Assembly: GCA_027064085.1 (NCBI GenBank)
Contig: JAMOQH010000126.1
Coordinates: 5,040 to 69,039 of the forward strand
Direction: 5' to 3'
From: a bacterium
Lineage (GTDB): Bacteria > UBP6 > JAFGXH01
DNA: 64,000 nt
The notes beneath the pieces are model-generated. The model searched no databases and was not told the DNA's origin. It saw nothing but the letters and a program-made list of their open reading frames with translations. Made by a program: the position numbers and the translations under genes. Of the stretch, positions 28,879 to 38,715 are shown one piece after another (position 1 is the stretch's first letter; each line of letters starts with the position of its first letter).

Positions 28879-29636
28879 ATCTCTATTGTTTCTCCCATTT
28901 TAGCAAATCTAATTCTATGATCTTTTATCTGTTTTACTTCCTCTATAACGGTATTCGTTACAGAAGGCTTAATATGGTATAAGTAGATAGGAACATCTTT
29001 TTTAATCTTTTTTAAATCTATAGCAAGTGTTGCAGGAGAATAATGTTTTGATGCATCTGCAACATCTTGAAGAGCATTAGAAAATGAAATTTCCATAAAA
29101 ATAGCCTTTAGGTTTTTCTTTCTATTTGCTGTTTTCCAAATTTGATCAGTATTGCTTGTATCTGATGAATAAATAAAACTTGATTTACCATCATCAATAA
29201 CAAATGCAGTTGATAAAACAGTGTGATTAACTTCAACAGAAGTTATTTTATATCCACCCATAGAAAACTTACTGTTAGGTTCGGTTCCTTTAAATTTAAA
29301 TACTGGATTTTCCTTTGTTGGAATAGATGTAAAATCTGGCCAAATTAACCAATTGAATATATTGTTTTTAACTACTTCTAAAGTTTTATGTGCTCCTCTA
29401 ACATTAATTGGAGGTCTTTGTCCAAAAATTAAATCACCCCATAAAGGCAGATCTTTTATGTGATCCATATGTGAATGGCTTAATAATAAGTTGTCAATTT
29501 TAAGCAATGATTCCATATCCATTGAATGCAATAAACCACCTGCATCAATTAATAATTTATCATCAATTAAATAACTTATGCTATGATTTTCAACTCCTAG
29601 TTCTCCACCACTTACGCCTAGCATTGATATTTTCAT
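28875..29636 (-). CDS. Cyclic-nucleotide phosphodiesterase (class II / metallo-beta-lactamase fold)
   Basis: LGVSGG, IDAG, SHSHMDHIKDL, IFNWLIWPDF, VNHTV, YHIKP. Confidence 0.88.
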   Translation of the reverse strand: MKISMLGVSGGELGVENHSISYLIDDKLLIDAGGLLHSMDMESLLKIDNLLLSHSHMDHIKDLPLWGDLIFGQRPPINVRGAHKTLEVVKNNIFNWLIWPDFTSIPTKENPVFKFKGTEPNSKFSMGGYKITSVEVNHTVLSTAFVIDDGKSSFIYSSDTSNTDQIWKTANRKKNLKAIFMEISFSNALQDVADASKHYSPATLAIDLKKIKKDVPIYLYHIKPSVTNTVIEEVKQIKDHRIRFAKMGETIEI

Positions 29637-29644
29637 ATATTCTC

Positions 29645-30301
29645 CTAATTAAACTCTTTAAATCTTTCTTTTTTAGTTAAGTAATCAAAAAATTCACTAA
29701 ATACTTTAAAGTCAGGAATTTTAAAAATTGGACCATTTATTTGAATTAATAGCTCATTTCTAACTAATTTTGCCAAAACTTTTTTTATTATAATTGAGTC
29801 TATCATAATTGAAGATGCTATATCTGAAACAATTATAGTTAACTCTACTTCATTTTCTTCTTCTTTCATCACTTCAATGCCTTTCTCTCTTAAATAGTGA
29901 ACAACTCGGCTTTCTGGTGTTCTTAGAAGTAAGTTTTCTATTTGTAAGTCTGCTTGAGCAAGCCTAGTTGCGAGTTTTTGTAGCATTTTTATTGCAATAT
30001 CAGCATTTCCTCTTATCATTGCCTCAAAAGTAGACGGATTTATTACTAATATTTTTGAATCAACAGAAACTCTTATTGTTGCAGTTCTTGGTTTTCCATT
30101 AAGTATTGCCATTTCTCCAAAGAATTCTCCTTTTTGTAATGTTGCTAGTACTTTTTCTTGGCCACCTATTTTTTTTAAAACTTCAACTTCTCCTTCTTGA
30201 ATTACAAACATCTCATTACCCTTATCGTTATCATGAAAAAGGTATTCTCCTTGTTTAAAAGACTTTCCGTATTTATTAAATAATTGTTCTTCTGCACTCA
30301 T
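29645..30301 (-). CDS. Crp/Fnr family cNMP-binding regulator
   Basis: GEFFGEMAILNGKPRTATIR phosphate-binding cassette; C-terminal winged-HTH-like region. Confidence 0.92.
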   Translation of the reverse strand: MSAEEQLFNKYGKSFKQGEYLFHDNDKGNEMFVIQEGEVEVLKKIGGQEKVLATLQKGEFFGEMAILNGKPRTATIRVSVDSKILVINPSTFEAMIRGNADIAIKMLQKLATRLAQADLQIENLLLRTPESRVVHYLREKGIEVMKEEENEVELTIIVSDIASSIMIDSIIIKKVLAKLVRNELLIQINGPIFKIPDFKVFSEFFDYLTKKERFKEFN

Positions 30302-30310
30302 CTAATCTCC

Positions 30311-33292
30311 TTATTTAGTGGTCATTTTAAAGCTACCGTCCCAATTAGCGTCAGGAGGAGTTTCTTTAAAATGATTACATCTATCTATGTATTTTTCTGA
30401 AAGATAATCATTAGGCTTTATTTCTAATATTTTATTAAAAATAGCTATTGATTTATCCCAATTTCTATCCCAATAATATTGTATTCCTTGATTTGTTAAA
30501 TCGCAAATTCTTAATAATTCTGTATTATGTTTATGTTTGGATAATAATTCATAAATGATAACAGGCTCATTTTTACCTTTAACTTTAACTGCGTCTAGTT
30601 TTCTACAGAGCAGGGAATCTTTAACTAATTCGTATGTATATTCACTTATAATAATATTAGTTTTATATTGTTTATTGATACCTTCTAAACGAGAACCTAA
30701 ATTAACATGATCTCCCATTACGGTATAATCAAATCTTTGTTTTGATCCCATGTTTCCAACAGACATGTCTCCAGAATTAACTCCTATACCTATATCAATA
30801 ATAGGTAAGTTTCTTGCTTTAAATTCTTCTCCAAGAATTTTTAGTTCTTCCATCATTTTTAATGCAGTTAAGCAAGCTCTCATTGCATGGTCATCTTGTT
30901 TAATAGGGGCTCCAAAAAATGCCATAATAGCATCGCCCATATATTTATCTAGTGTTCCTTCATAATCAAAAACACATTGAGTCATTGGAGTAAGATAATC
31001 ATTCATAACGACTGATAATTGATCAGGTGTTAATCCCTCTGAAATAGTTGTAAATCCTCTAATATCACTAAATAACACAGAAATATTTTTTTTAACTCCA
31101 CCAAGTGCTAATTTAGAAGGGTCTTTTAGTACTTCGTCAACGACAGATTGGCTTAGGTAGTATTTAAAAGTTTTCTTAACCATTTGTTTTTCTTTTTCTT
31201 CACTAAAGTATCTAAATATTGTTATTGATAAAAACATTATAGATGGAGTAAGTAGGTGTATTAAAATATAGAGTAAATAGCCTTGGCTAAAGAAAAATTT
31301 TACATCAATTAGAAAGATTATATATGTTGCAAGAATTGTTATAATAACATTTATATAAATTTTTAAATATGAAAATAAAATACCTAGAAAGATTACAATA
31401 AATACTAAAAAGATAAGCTCTAAAGGTAAAAAATAGTATGGTCTTTTAAAATAACTACCGTCTAGAATATTTTCTATAAAAGTAGCATGAACTTCAACTC
31501 CAGGGTATGCTTGTGAGGGGTTATATGGAGATGATCTTAAATCAAGAAGGCCTGTTGCTGTTGTTCCAAATAAGATTATCTTTCCATTAATATATTTTTC
31601 TATTTCTTTATGAGATAACTTATCAGTTAAGATAGTTTTCATTGAGATATATTTGAATGTTTCTCTCGGACCATAATAATTTAATACTAAATATGGAGTG
31701 TCAGATTCTAGTTTTAGTTTTTTCTTACCTGAAAAATCAAAATAATAGCCTAACTCCGGTAATCCATTTACTTCATACCTAAGTGCAAAAGTATCTTCTT
31801 TTTTATTTTTATCTTGATAAAATACTTTTAATGCAGATAATCCAAGAGAATATAAAACATGCCTTTTCTTTTGTTCATCTTCTATAGTATATGCAGGATA
31901 ATAGTTTCTTGCAATTCCATCAACATCAGCAATTAGGTTAAATGATCCAAAGTTGTCAGTAGCAAGAACTCCCTCTGCTCTATCTAGCATATCCATTAAT
32001 TCTTCAGGGATTTCATCTTCAGCATTATCTATTTTTTTATTGATTTCATCTACTAGTTTTTTGGGAAGTGGTTTTTCTGCCCAAACGATATCTTTATATG
32101 GAGAATTTAATGCTTCAAACTCTGCAAAAGAAACATTTTTGTTCAAATTTCCTTCGATAAGCTTTACTTCTGCCCTTGATATTATGGAATTAAAGTTTTC
32201 TCTTTTTCTTTTTTCTGAAATATTAGCATCTTGAGAACCAAAAGAGTAACCTACATAACCTAGTATAACATTTCCTGCTTTTTTTATTGCTTTTGCAAAA
32301 ATTTTATCTGGTGATATTTCATTTGATTTTTTATTTAGAAAATCAAGATATTCTTTATTTTTACTTTTCAGGTCATTAAAGCTTATTCTGTATTGTTTTA
32401 TATTTTCTTCTATCGTTGCTATTATTTTTTTAGTTTGATAAATATTATTTTTTAATTGCTTTAATAGCTTTGTTTCTTTTATTGTTTTTGTTTGTATTTT
32501 TTTAGAAAGTTTTTTTCTATTTTTTTCTATTTTTTTAAGTGTTATTTGGGATTTATATAATCTTTTCTTTATTTTTTTTAATTCTAACTCCTTTTGTTTA
32601 ATTAATTCATTTAATTTTTTTATAATTTCACCATTTGAAGTTAGAGATATCTTTTGAAATTTATTATATAATTCTTTAGATGTTTTAATTGATTCATTAT
32701 TACTTGGATCAGCAAAAACCATATCAAATGCAACTGCTTTTGCTCCCATCTTTTTTAATTTTAAAACAATATTTGAAAGTTTTCTTCTATCTATAGGCCA
32801 ACCATATTTATCTAAAGTGGCATCATCCATATCAATAATAGTAACAGAATTAGAAACTTTTTTGATTCCTCTTGTGTTATATTTAAATTTTTCAATAGAG
32901 CGTTCTAAATAACCAAATACTCCAGAGTAAACATTATTATTAACCGTAAAATAATCTAATGTTACAACTAGTATAACTAAATACATTACAACAGCAAATG
33001 CTGATTTTGATGGATTTATCCTTGTTCTAGCTTTTTTATCAGTAGCTAACAAGGGAATTATTGGAGTCAGAATAAAAGATGATAAAAATAATAATATTAT
33101 TTTCTTTTTACTGTATTTTTGCTTTATAAGATAATAAAGCCAATATAAGAATATCGATGATACTCCAACAGCTATAGAAATATCTGTTCTTAATATTGAA
33201 AATAATGATAATAAAAATAGTACAAAGTTAATATATAACAATAGCACTAAGGGGTTTGTTTTGGGATTAATTATATTTATTAAAGCTTTCAT
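30311..33292 (-). CDS. CHASE2-domain class III adenylate cyclase
   Basis: GWPIDR, AFDMVFADP, PGVEVHA (CHASE2) followed by 3 TM; FSDIRGFT, DKYMGDAIMAFFGAP, FDYTVMGDHVNLGSRLEG with the Lys/Asp pair indicating ATP specificity. Confidence 0.95.
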   Translation of the reverse strand: MKALINIINPKTNPLVLLLYINFVLFLLSLFSILRTDISIAVGVSSIFLYWLYYLIKQKYSKKKIILLFLSSFILTPIIPLLATDKKARTRINPSKSAFAVVMYLVILVVTLDYFTVNNNVYSGVFGYLERSIEKFKYNTRGIKKVSNSVTIIDMDDATLDKYGWPIDRRKLSNIVLKLKKMGAKAVAFDMVFADPSNNESIKTSKELYNKFQKISLTSNGEIIKKLNELIKQKELELKKIKKRLYKSQITLKKIEKNRKKLSKKIQTKTIKETKLLKQLKNNIYQTKKIIATIEENIKQYRISFNDLKSKNKEYLDFLNKKSNEISPDKIFAKAIKKAGNVILGYVGYSFGSQDANISEKRKRENFNSIISRAEVKLIEGNLNKNVSFAEFEALNSPYKDIVWAEKPLPKKLVDEINKKIDNAEDEIPEELMDMLDRAEGVLATDNFGSFNLIADVDGIARNYYPAYTIEDEQKKRHVLYSLGLSALKVFYQDKNKKEDTFALRYEVNGLPELGYYFDFSGKKKLKLESDTPYLVLNYYGPRETFKYISMKTILTDKLSHKEIEKYINGKIILFGTTATGLLDLRSSPYNPSQAYPGVEVHATFIENILDGSYFKRPYYFLPLELIFLVFIVIFLGILFSYLKIYINVIITILATYIIFLIDVKFFFSQGYLLYILIHLLTPSIMFLSITIFRYFSEEKEKQMVKKTFKYYLSQSVVDEVLKDPSKLALGGVKKNISVLFSDIRGFTTISEGLTPDQLSVVMNDYLTPMTQCVFDYEGTLDKYMGDAIMAFFGAPIKQDDHAMRACLTALKMMEELKILGEEFKARNLPIIDIGIGVNSGDMSVGNMGSKQRFDYTVMGDHVNLGSRLEGINKQYKTNIIISEYTYELVKDSLLCRKLDAVKVKGKNEPVIIYELLSKHKHNTELLRICDLTNQGIQYYWDRNWDKSIAIFNKILEIKPNDYLSEKYIDRCNHFKETPPDANWDGSFKMTTK

Positions 33293-33319
33293 AAACCTAC
33301 ATTTAAAACTTAGTTAGAC

Positions 33320-33348
33320 ATTTTAAGATTAATATATTGAAATGTCAA
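33320..33348 (-). promoter_or_regulatory. sigma70 promoter of the cyclase-Crp-PDE-murG operon
   Basis: TTGACA-N17-TAAAAT. Confidence 0.7.
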
Positions 33349-33383
33349 TTTTTTTTTATTATTTATCTATTGAAAGGGGGAGG

Positions 33384-33411
33384 CCCCTAAAAAAGTAAAC
33401 TCTTCTAGGGG
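33384..33411 (-). terminator. Hairpin downstream of flagellin 3
   Basis: CCCCTAGAAGAG-TTTA-CTTTTTTAGGGG on the minus strand (G-U pairs), weak U-tract. Confidence 0.5.
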
Positions 33412-33419
33412 ATTTTTTA

Positions 33420-36410
33420 TTATCTTAATAAGCTCATTAAACCTTGAGCTTGCTGATTTGCTTGAGCCAGCATCGCTGTTGATGTTTGAGAAAGAATTTG
33501 TGATTTTGATAATTGAGTTGTTTCTCTTGCAACATCTAAATCTCTAATTGCTGATTCTGCGGCCGTAGTATTTTCTCTTTGGGCAGCTAAATTAGCCATA
33601 GTATATTCTAATCTATTTGCATAAGCTCCAATTCTTGCTCTTTCTGATGAAACCATATCAATAGCTTCATCAAGAGTTCTTATGGATTCTTGAGCTGGTT
33701 CAGGATCTGTTAATAACACCCTTGTTATTCCTAATGCTTGTGCATCCATTTGAGAAATAAATGCATTCATCATTTGCCCTTCGTTTGCTCCAATTTGAAA
33801 ATCCATAGAGTTATCTACTATGTTAATTGTTTCAGTTGATGTTTCATCTGTTGAAGTAAAATCAAAAGCTCTAGTTGCAGTATTCCAATTAACATTTAAG
33901 TTATAATTTGCATCAAATTCTATATCAATTCCATCTATAACACCTTGAAGCCTATTGTCACTAACGGTATCTTGCCCTACAAATTCGCCTGTAATTGCAT
34001 CTCTAACTGTAATGTCCATTTCATTGTTTTTTGCCTCTTGAATAGTAGAAACTCCTAGTGCATTTAATAAGTCTTCATTTGCTGCTAAATATAATCTACC
34101 ATCTTTATCTGTTTTAGGAGATCTAATAACAATAGAGCCTTGCTGATTTTCAAAAGTACCACTTGTTGGAGTATCTATATAATCGGCAACATGCTTATCT
34201 ACAACTACATCACCTGAAGACATTCCCAATCCTCCATCACTTTTATCACCAATTATCGCATTCTCTATTTTCTCAGATAAAACATCTAGTGTGTCTAAAC
34301 CATCGATTAGCACTGTTGAGCTATCTCCAACTCCATTATATACTGTAAGATATTGACCATGATCTCCAAGTATAAAATTTCCATCTGGGTCATAAAATCT
34401 ATCTAAATCAATTAATCTACTATGGCCACTACTATCACCACCGCCATTCATTACATTAAATGTTACTATACCATCACTTACAGGAACACCGGTAACAGAT
34501 TCATTAAAGCTTGTTGCCATAGTTCCAAATTCTATATGTCCTGTTTCTGTATTAATCCAACCTGCTTGTAATTCTGTTGATGCATTGTCTAAGGTGTTAT
34601 CAATATGACTAAATACTGCACCTTGCTGAGGTAAATTATTTGAAGGGTCAAATGCATCTACTCTTGTTAAATCCCTATTGGGAGTATTGTCATTATCATT
34701 AAGGGCAATCAGCATTCTATCTCCAATTTGATAGTTAGCTCCATTACCATTATTTGTAAAAGCTCTATTAAACTCTAATGTCTGTATTCCATCAGTTACA
34801 AGAGTATCAGTTGCTCCATTCCAAATATCATCAGCACTGTACCATGTATCTCCCTGATTAAATGACACTCTTGCATCTAGGCCAGCTGCCCCTAAGCTTC
34901 CATCTGATGTAAATTCAATAATCGCATAACCACCAGTTGCAGAATTACTATTAGTTGTGAATGCATCTGCTGCAGTAGTACCTAAATTACCTAAATTATT
35001 CGTAAATGCATGAAGTCCCTGATCTGCTACTTCAACTGTTGGATCCGCTCCTACAGTTAATGAATAATTGTTGCTTTGACTTGGGTCATCAACAGTAATT
35101 GTTACATTACCCGCACCATCATCATGGGCAGTAATATATTGATTTAAGTCTGTATTTGCATTAATTGCGTCTGCAATTTCAGTTCCATTACCTGCAACTG
35201 TACCTGTTGTTGTGTTTATTACAACAGGAATATCATCTCCACCTAAATTAAATGTTAAATTTACAGCTCCATTAACTGCTGTTGCTGTAATGTCTCCAGA
35301 CATTTGTGAGCTATTTAAACCATTTGAACCATCTTGTAAATATTGTCCAACCATTCCATATATATCATTGGCACCAACTTGTAAGTTTCCATCTGCTCCT
35401 TCGTCAATATTTATTTTATAGTTTGTTGTAGTTGATGGAATTAAACCAACAGTGTTTGAAACACCTGAGATACCCGCTTGAGATTCATTACCTCCTGAGA
35501 AAATATGTATTCCTTGGTCTAATGGGTCAACTCCAGAGCCACTAATCGTAGCTTGAAATCCATTGCCGGCAACACCAGTTTCTCTTGATGTGATTAAAAC
35601 ATCTCCTGTTGGAGTATAATTCGCAATAATACTATCATTTAATCTAGTATCATTATTTATTTGATCAACAATTTCTTGTGCATTATCTAAAATGGTTGCA
35701 CCAGTTGTTGTATAGTTAAAATCTATATCACCATTTCCAAAGTTAAAAATAACATCTACATTTCCTGCAATTGCTGTTGGAGTAATATTTCCTTGCATTG
35801 CTGCTTGTTGTCCAAATAGTGTTATGTCTCTAACGCCTTTGACACCATCTTTAATTCTAAAAACAGATGTTTGTAATACTTGAGGAACGCCTGGGTCTGC
35901 ATGTATTTCTAAGCTATAGGAACCGTCATCAACTTGACCTCTTACAAAAGCATTGATATCTCCTGTTGAAGCAGACCATAATGCACTTGATTCACCAGTT
36001 AAAAGTCTTTTTGTATTAAATTCAGTTCTTTTTGCTGTAGCATCGATTTCTTTAATAAGGGATTCAACTTCATGTTGAACTTCAAGTCTATCATCTGAAG
36101 TTAATGTACCATTAGATGCTTGAATTGCTAATTCTCTCATTCTATGTAGCATTCCATGAACTTCATTTAGAGCTCCTTCTGCTGTTTGAATAAGTGAAGT
36201 TGCTGATTGAGCGTTTTCTTCAGCTCTTGATAAACCTCTTATTTGTGTTCTCATTCTTTCAGATATTGATAAGCCTGATGGATCATCTGCTGCCGAGTTA
36301 ATTCTTAGACCACTTGAAAGTCTTGAGATGGACTTTGTAACCATACTGTTTGCAGTATTTAAGTCATTTTGAGCTGATAAAGCAGCTAAGTTATTATTAA
36401 TTGATAACAT
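33420..36410 (-). CDS. fliC: Giant flagellin 3 (996 aa)
   Basis: RLSSGLRINSAADDPSGL, HRMRELAIQ, FQIGANEGQ, NRLEYT, AAESAIRDLD; GGGAGG RBS. Confidence 0.97.
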   Translation of the reverse strand: MLSINNNLAALSAQNDLNTANSMVTKSISRLSSGLRINSAADDPSGLSISERMRTQIRGLSRAEENAQSATSLIQTAEGALNEVHGMLHRMRELAIQASNGTLTSDDRLEVQHEVESLIKEIDATAKRTEFNTKRLLTGESSALWSASTGDINAFVRGQVDDGSYSLEIHADPGVPQVLQTSVFRIKDGVKGVRDITLFGQQAAMQGNITPTAIAGNVDVIFNFGNGDIDFNYTTTGATILDNAQEIVDQINNDTRLNDSIIANYTPTGDVLITSRETGVAGNGFQATISGSGVDPLDQGIHIFSGGNESQAGISGVSNTVGLIPSTTTNYKINIDEGADGNLQVGANDIYGMVGQYLQDGSNGLNSSQMSGDITATAVNGAVNLTFNLGGDDIPVVINTTTGTVAGNGTEIADAINANTDLNQYITAHDDGAGNVTITVDDPSQSNNYSLTVGADPTVEVADQGLHAFTNNLGNLGTTAADAFTTNSNSATGGYAIIEFTSDGSLGAAGLDARVSFNQGDTWYSADDIWNGATDTLVTDGIQTLEFNRAFTNNGNGANYQIGDRMLIALNDNDNTPNRDLTRVDAFDPSNNLPQQGAVFSHIDNTLDNASTELQAGWINTETGHIEFGTMATSFNESVTGVPVSDGIVTFNVMNGGGDSSGHSRLIDLDRFYDPDGNFILGDHGQYLTVYNGVGDSSTVLIDGLDTLDVLSEKIENAIIGDKSDGGLGMSSGDVVVDKHVADYIDTPTSGTFENQQGSIVIRSPKTDKDGRLYLAANEDLLNALGVSTIQEAKNNEMDITVRDAITGEFVGQDTVSDNRLQGVIDGIDIEFDANYNLNVNWNTATRAFDFTSTDETSTETINIVDNSMDFQIGANEGQMMNAFISQMDAQALGITRVLLTDPEPAQESIRTLDEAIDMVSSERARIGAYANRLEYTMANLAAQRENTTAAESAIRDLDVARETTQLSKSQILSQTSTAMLAQANQQAQGLMSLLR

Positions 36411-36498
36411 GGTAACCTCCCTGTACTAGCTTAATATTGAACCCTCTAAGCTAAAAAAATTATTGCTTTTAGTGGTCTTTCATTCGCTGACAATTTAA

Positions 36499-36525
36499 AC
36501 ATCGTCAACAAGGTGAAATACTAAA
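36499..36525 (-). promoter_or_regulatory. sigma28-type promoter of flagellin 3 (more degenerate)
   Basis: TTTAGTAT-N11-GACGATGT; same -35 core and spacing as the flagellin 2 promoter. Confidence 0.6.
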
Positions 36526-36680
36526 ATTTTTTATCCTCTTTTCCTAAAGCAATGAACTTTCCTAAAATATTATTAATTTTAAAATTTAGTAAATACAGTA
36601 GGTTAGCTTTTGTTATTTAAGGTGAATTAAAATTTAATAGTTGTCAATATATTGTCATTATTTTGTAAGTGGCAAGTTTT

Positions 36681-37286
36681 TTATATAAAGTTTATGATTT
36701 TTTTAAGGTTATAGTTTAATTTAATTATTTCTTCAAAAAAAATCAAATCATTTTTATTTAAATAACAAATTGCTTCAATATAGCTTGATAGAAGAAGTTC
36801 TTTTCCTTTGCTATTTCCTGTTTCAAGATATGAGTGTGCCAAGTATAGTTTAATAAATATACTATTTTTTATGTTCTTTTCCTTTTTATAATTTTTTAAC
36901 AAATATGGGATGGCTCTATTGTAATTTTTTGAGATATAAAAAGATAACATTTTATTGATTTCTCTGTTTGGATTTTCATATATAATTAATTTATCAAAAA
37001 CTTTATATATTTTTGACTTTTTAATTTCATCTGATTTTATAAATCTGTATGAGGCTTCTTTGTATAGTCCATTTTTATAATAATAATTTGCTAGAACTTC
37101 ATAGTAAGTTAAATAAACTCCAGTTGCTAGTACTAAAAAATAAAAAATTGCCATTAGAATACTTATAATTGAACGAAATTTTATTCCATGATATCGTCTG
37201 TATATAATAACTCCAATAAAAAATATTGTTGAGCTTAAGATAAATAATAATACAGAATCATTTTTAAAATAATTAAAATCAAACAT
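36681..37286 (-). CDS. Hypothetical membrane protein with TPR-like region
   Basis: Two N-terminal TM helices; YNRAIPYL, LYLAHSYLETG. Confidence 0.65.
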   Translation of the reverse strand: MFDFNYFKNDSVLLFILSSTIFFIGVIIYRRYHGIKFRSIISILMAIFYFLVLATGVYLTYYEVLANYYYKNGLYKEASYRFIKSDEIKKSKIYKVFDKLIIYENPNREINKMLSFYISKNYNRAIPYLLKNYKKEKNIKNSIFIKLYLAHSYLETGNSKGKELLLSSYIEAICYLNKNDLIFFEEIIKLNYNLKKIINFI

Positions 37287-37288
37287 TT

Positions 37289-38650
37289 TTATATGTTATT
37301 CCTTAAAGAATAAAGTACCTCATTCAAATTTCCCGCACCAACAGAAAATATAGTATAATTATCTTTAAATATAGATGTTACAAGGTTTCTAGCTTCAGTA
37401 TGGTTGTTAGCAAATTTTAAAAAATTATAGTCATTTTTATTTAACTTCTCAAATAAGTCACTTGCACTTGCTCCTTTAATTATTTCTTCACTTGCGGCAT
37501 ATTCTTTTAAGAGGACCAGGTTTTTAGGCATTTTTAATACTCTTACTATTTCATCAAAACTATCTCGTGTACGAGTATAACGATGTGGTTGATATAAAAT
37601 TATAATATTTTCTTTTCTTAAAATATTTTTAAATAATGCTTCCATTTCAATGGGATGATGAGCGTAATCATCGAATAGGGATATATTTTTTTCTTTATTT
37701 TTGTATATTAATTCACTGCGTCTTTTTACCCCTTTAAAATCAGAAAAGTCTAAATCTAATATATTAATATCGTCAAGCTGGTCAATGGAAGCAATAGCTG
37801 CAACGGTATTTAAAACATTGTATTTGCCGGTTAAAGGTAATTCATATTTTTTTATCTTTTTATTGTTTTTATATAAATCAAAATATGTGGTAAATCCTTT
37901 TTCTTCTATGTTTTTTGGGGTATAAACAGCATTGTCAGAAAATCCAAATGTTATTCCTACTGAAAATATTGATTTTAAATTTTTATCATCAGTGTTCCAA
38001 ATAGTAATTTTACTTTGTTTTGAAAAATTTAAAAAAGCTTTTTTTAGATTTTCAAAATTTCCATAATGGTCTAGATGTTCTGGATCTAAATTATTTAATA
38101 GGGTAATATTAGGAAGTAAATTTAAAAAAGAACCATCACTTTCATCTGCTTCTGTAACAAAAATACCCTTTTCTTTTATTTCTGAATTAGTGTTAAAGTT
38201 AGATAGTATTCCCCCAACATTGAATGAGATATCATTTCTTAAATTTTTTAAGGCATAAGTTATTAAAGCACTAGTTGTAGTCTTTCCATGACTTCCCGCT
38301 ACAGCAATAAGATTATATTCATTTGAAATTAAAGATAGAAATTCACCTCTAATTAAAATAGGGATATTTAATTTTTTTGCTTTAATCGTTTCTTCATTTT
38401 CTTTTACTGCAGATGTTTTTACTATTAATTCTACATTAGGGGTAATATTTGAGGCGACTTGAGAATAAAACACTTTAATTCCTTCATTTTCGAGGTTTTT
38501 AGTTAACTCTGAAGATTTTAAATCAGAACCAGTTACAGTATAATTTTTGGCTTTCATAATTCGAGCTAAAGCACTTACTCCAATTCCACCAATTCCAATA
38601 AAGTGAATCGTTTTTATATTCTTTAAGTTATCAATAGTAAAATTAATCAT
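37289..38650 (-). CDS. murC: UDP-N-acetylmuramate--L-alanine ligase
   Basis: IHFIGIGGIGVSALA, AGSHGKTTTS, EADESDGSF, EHLDHY, DDYAHHP, QPHRYTRT. Confidence 0.98.
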   Translation of the reverse strand: MINFTIDNLKNIKTIHFIGIGGIGVSALARIMKAKNYTVTGSDLKSSELTKNLENEGIKVFYSQVASNITPNVELIVKTSAVKENEETIKAKKLNIPILIRGEFLSLISNEYNLIAVAGSHGKTTTSALITYALKNLRNDISFNVGGILSNFNTNSEIKEKGIFVTEADESDGSFLNLLPNITLLNNLDPEHLDHYGNFENLKKAFLNFSKQSKITIWNTDDKNLKSIFSVGITFGFSDNAVYTPKNIEEKGFTTYFDLYKNNKKIKKYELPLTGKYNVLNTVAAIASIDQLDDINILDLDFSDFKGVKRRSELIYKNKEKNISLFDDYAHHPIEMEALFKNILRKENIIILYQPHRYTRTRDSFDEIVRVLKMPKNLVLLKEYAASEEIIKGASASDLFEKLNKNDYNFLKFANNHTEARNLVTSIFKDNYTIFSVGAGNLNEVLYSLRNNI

Positions 38651-38715
38651 AATTACCTCAAAAAAGCAAGATACTATAGCATAATTTTAAAAAAAAATCT
38701 TGTAGAAATTGAACT

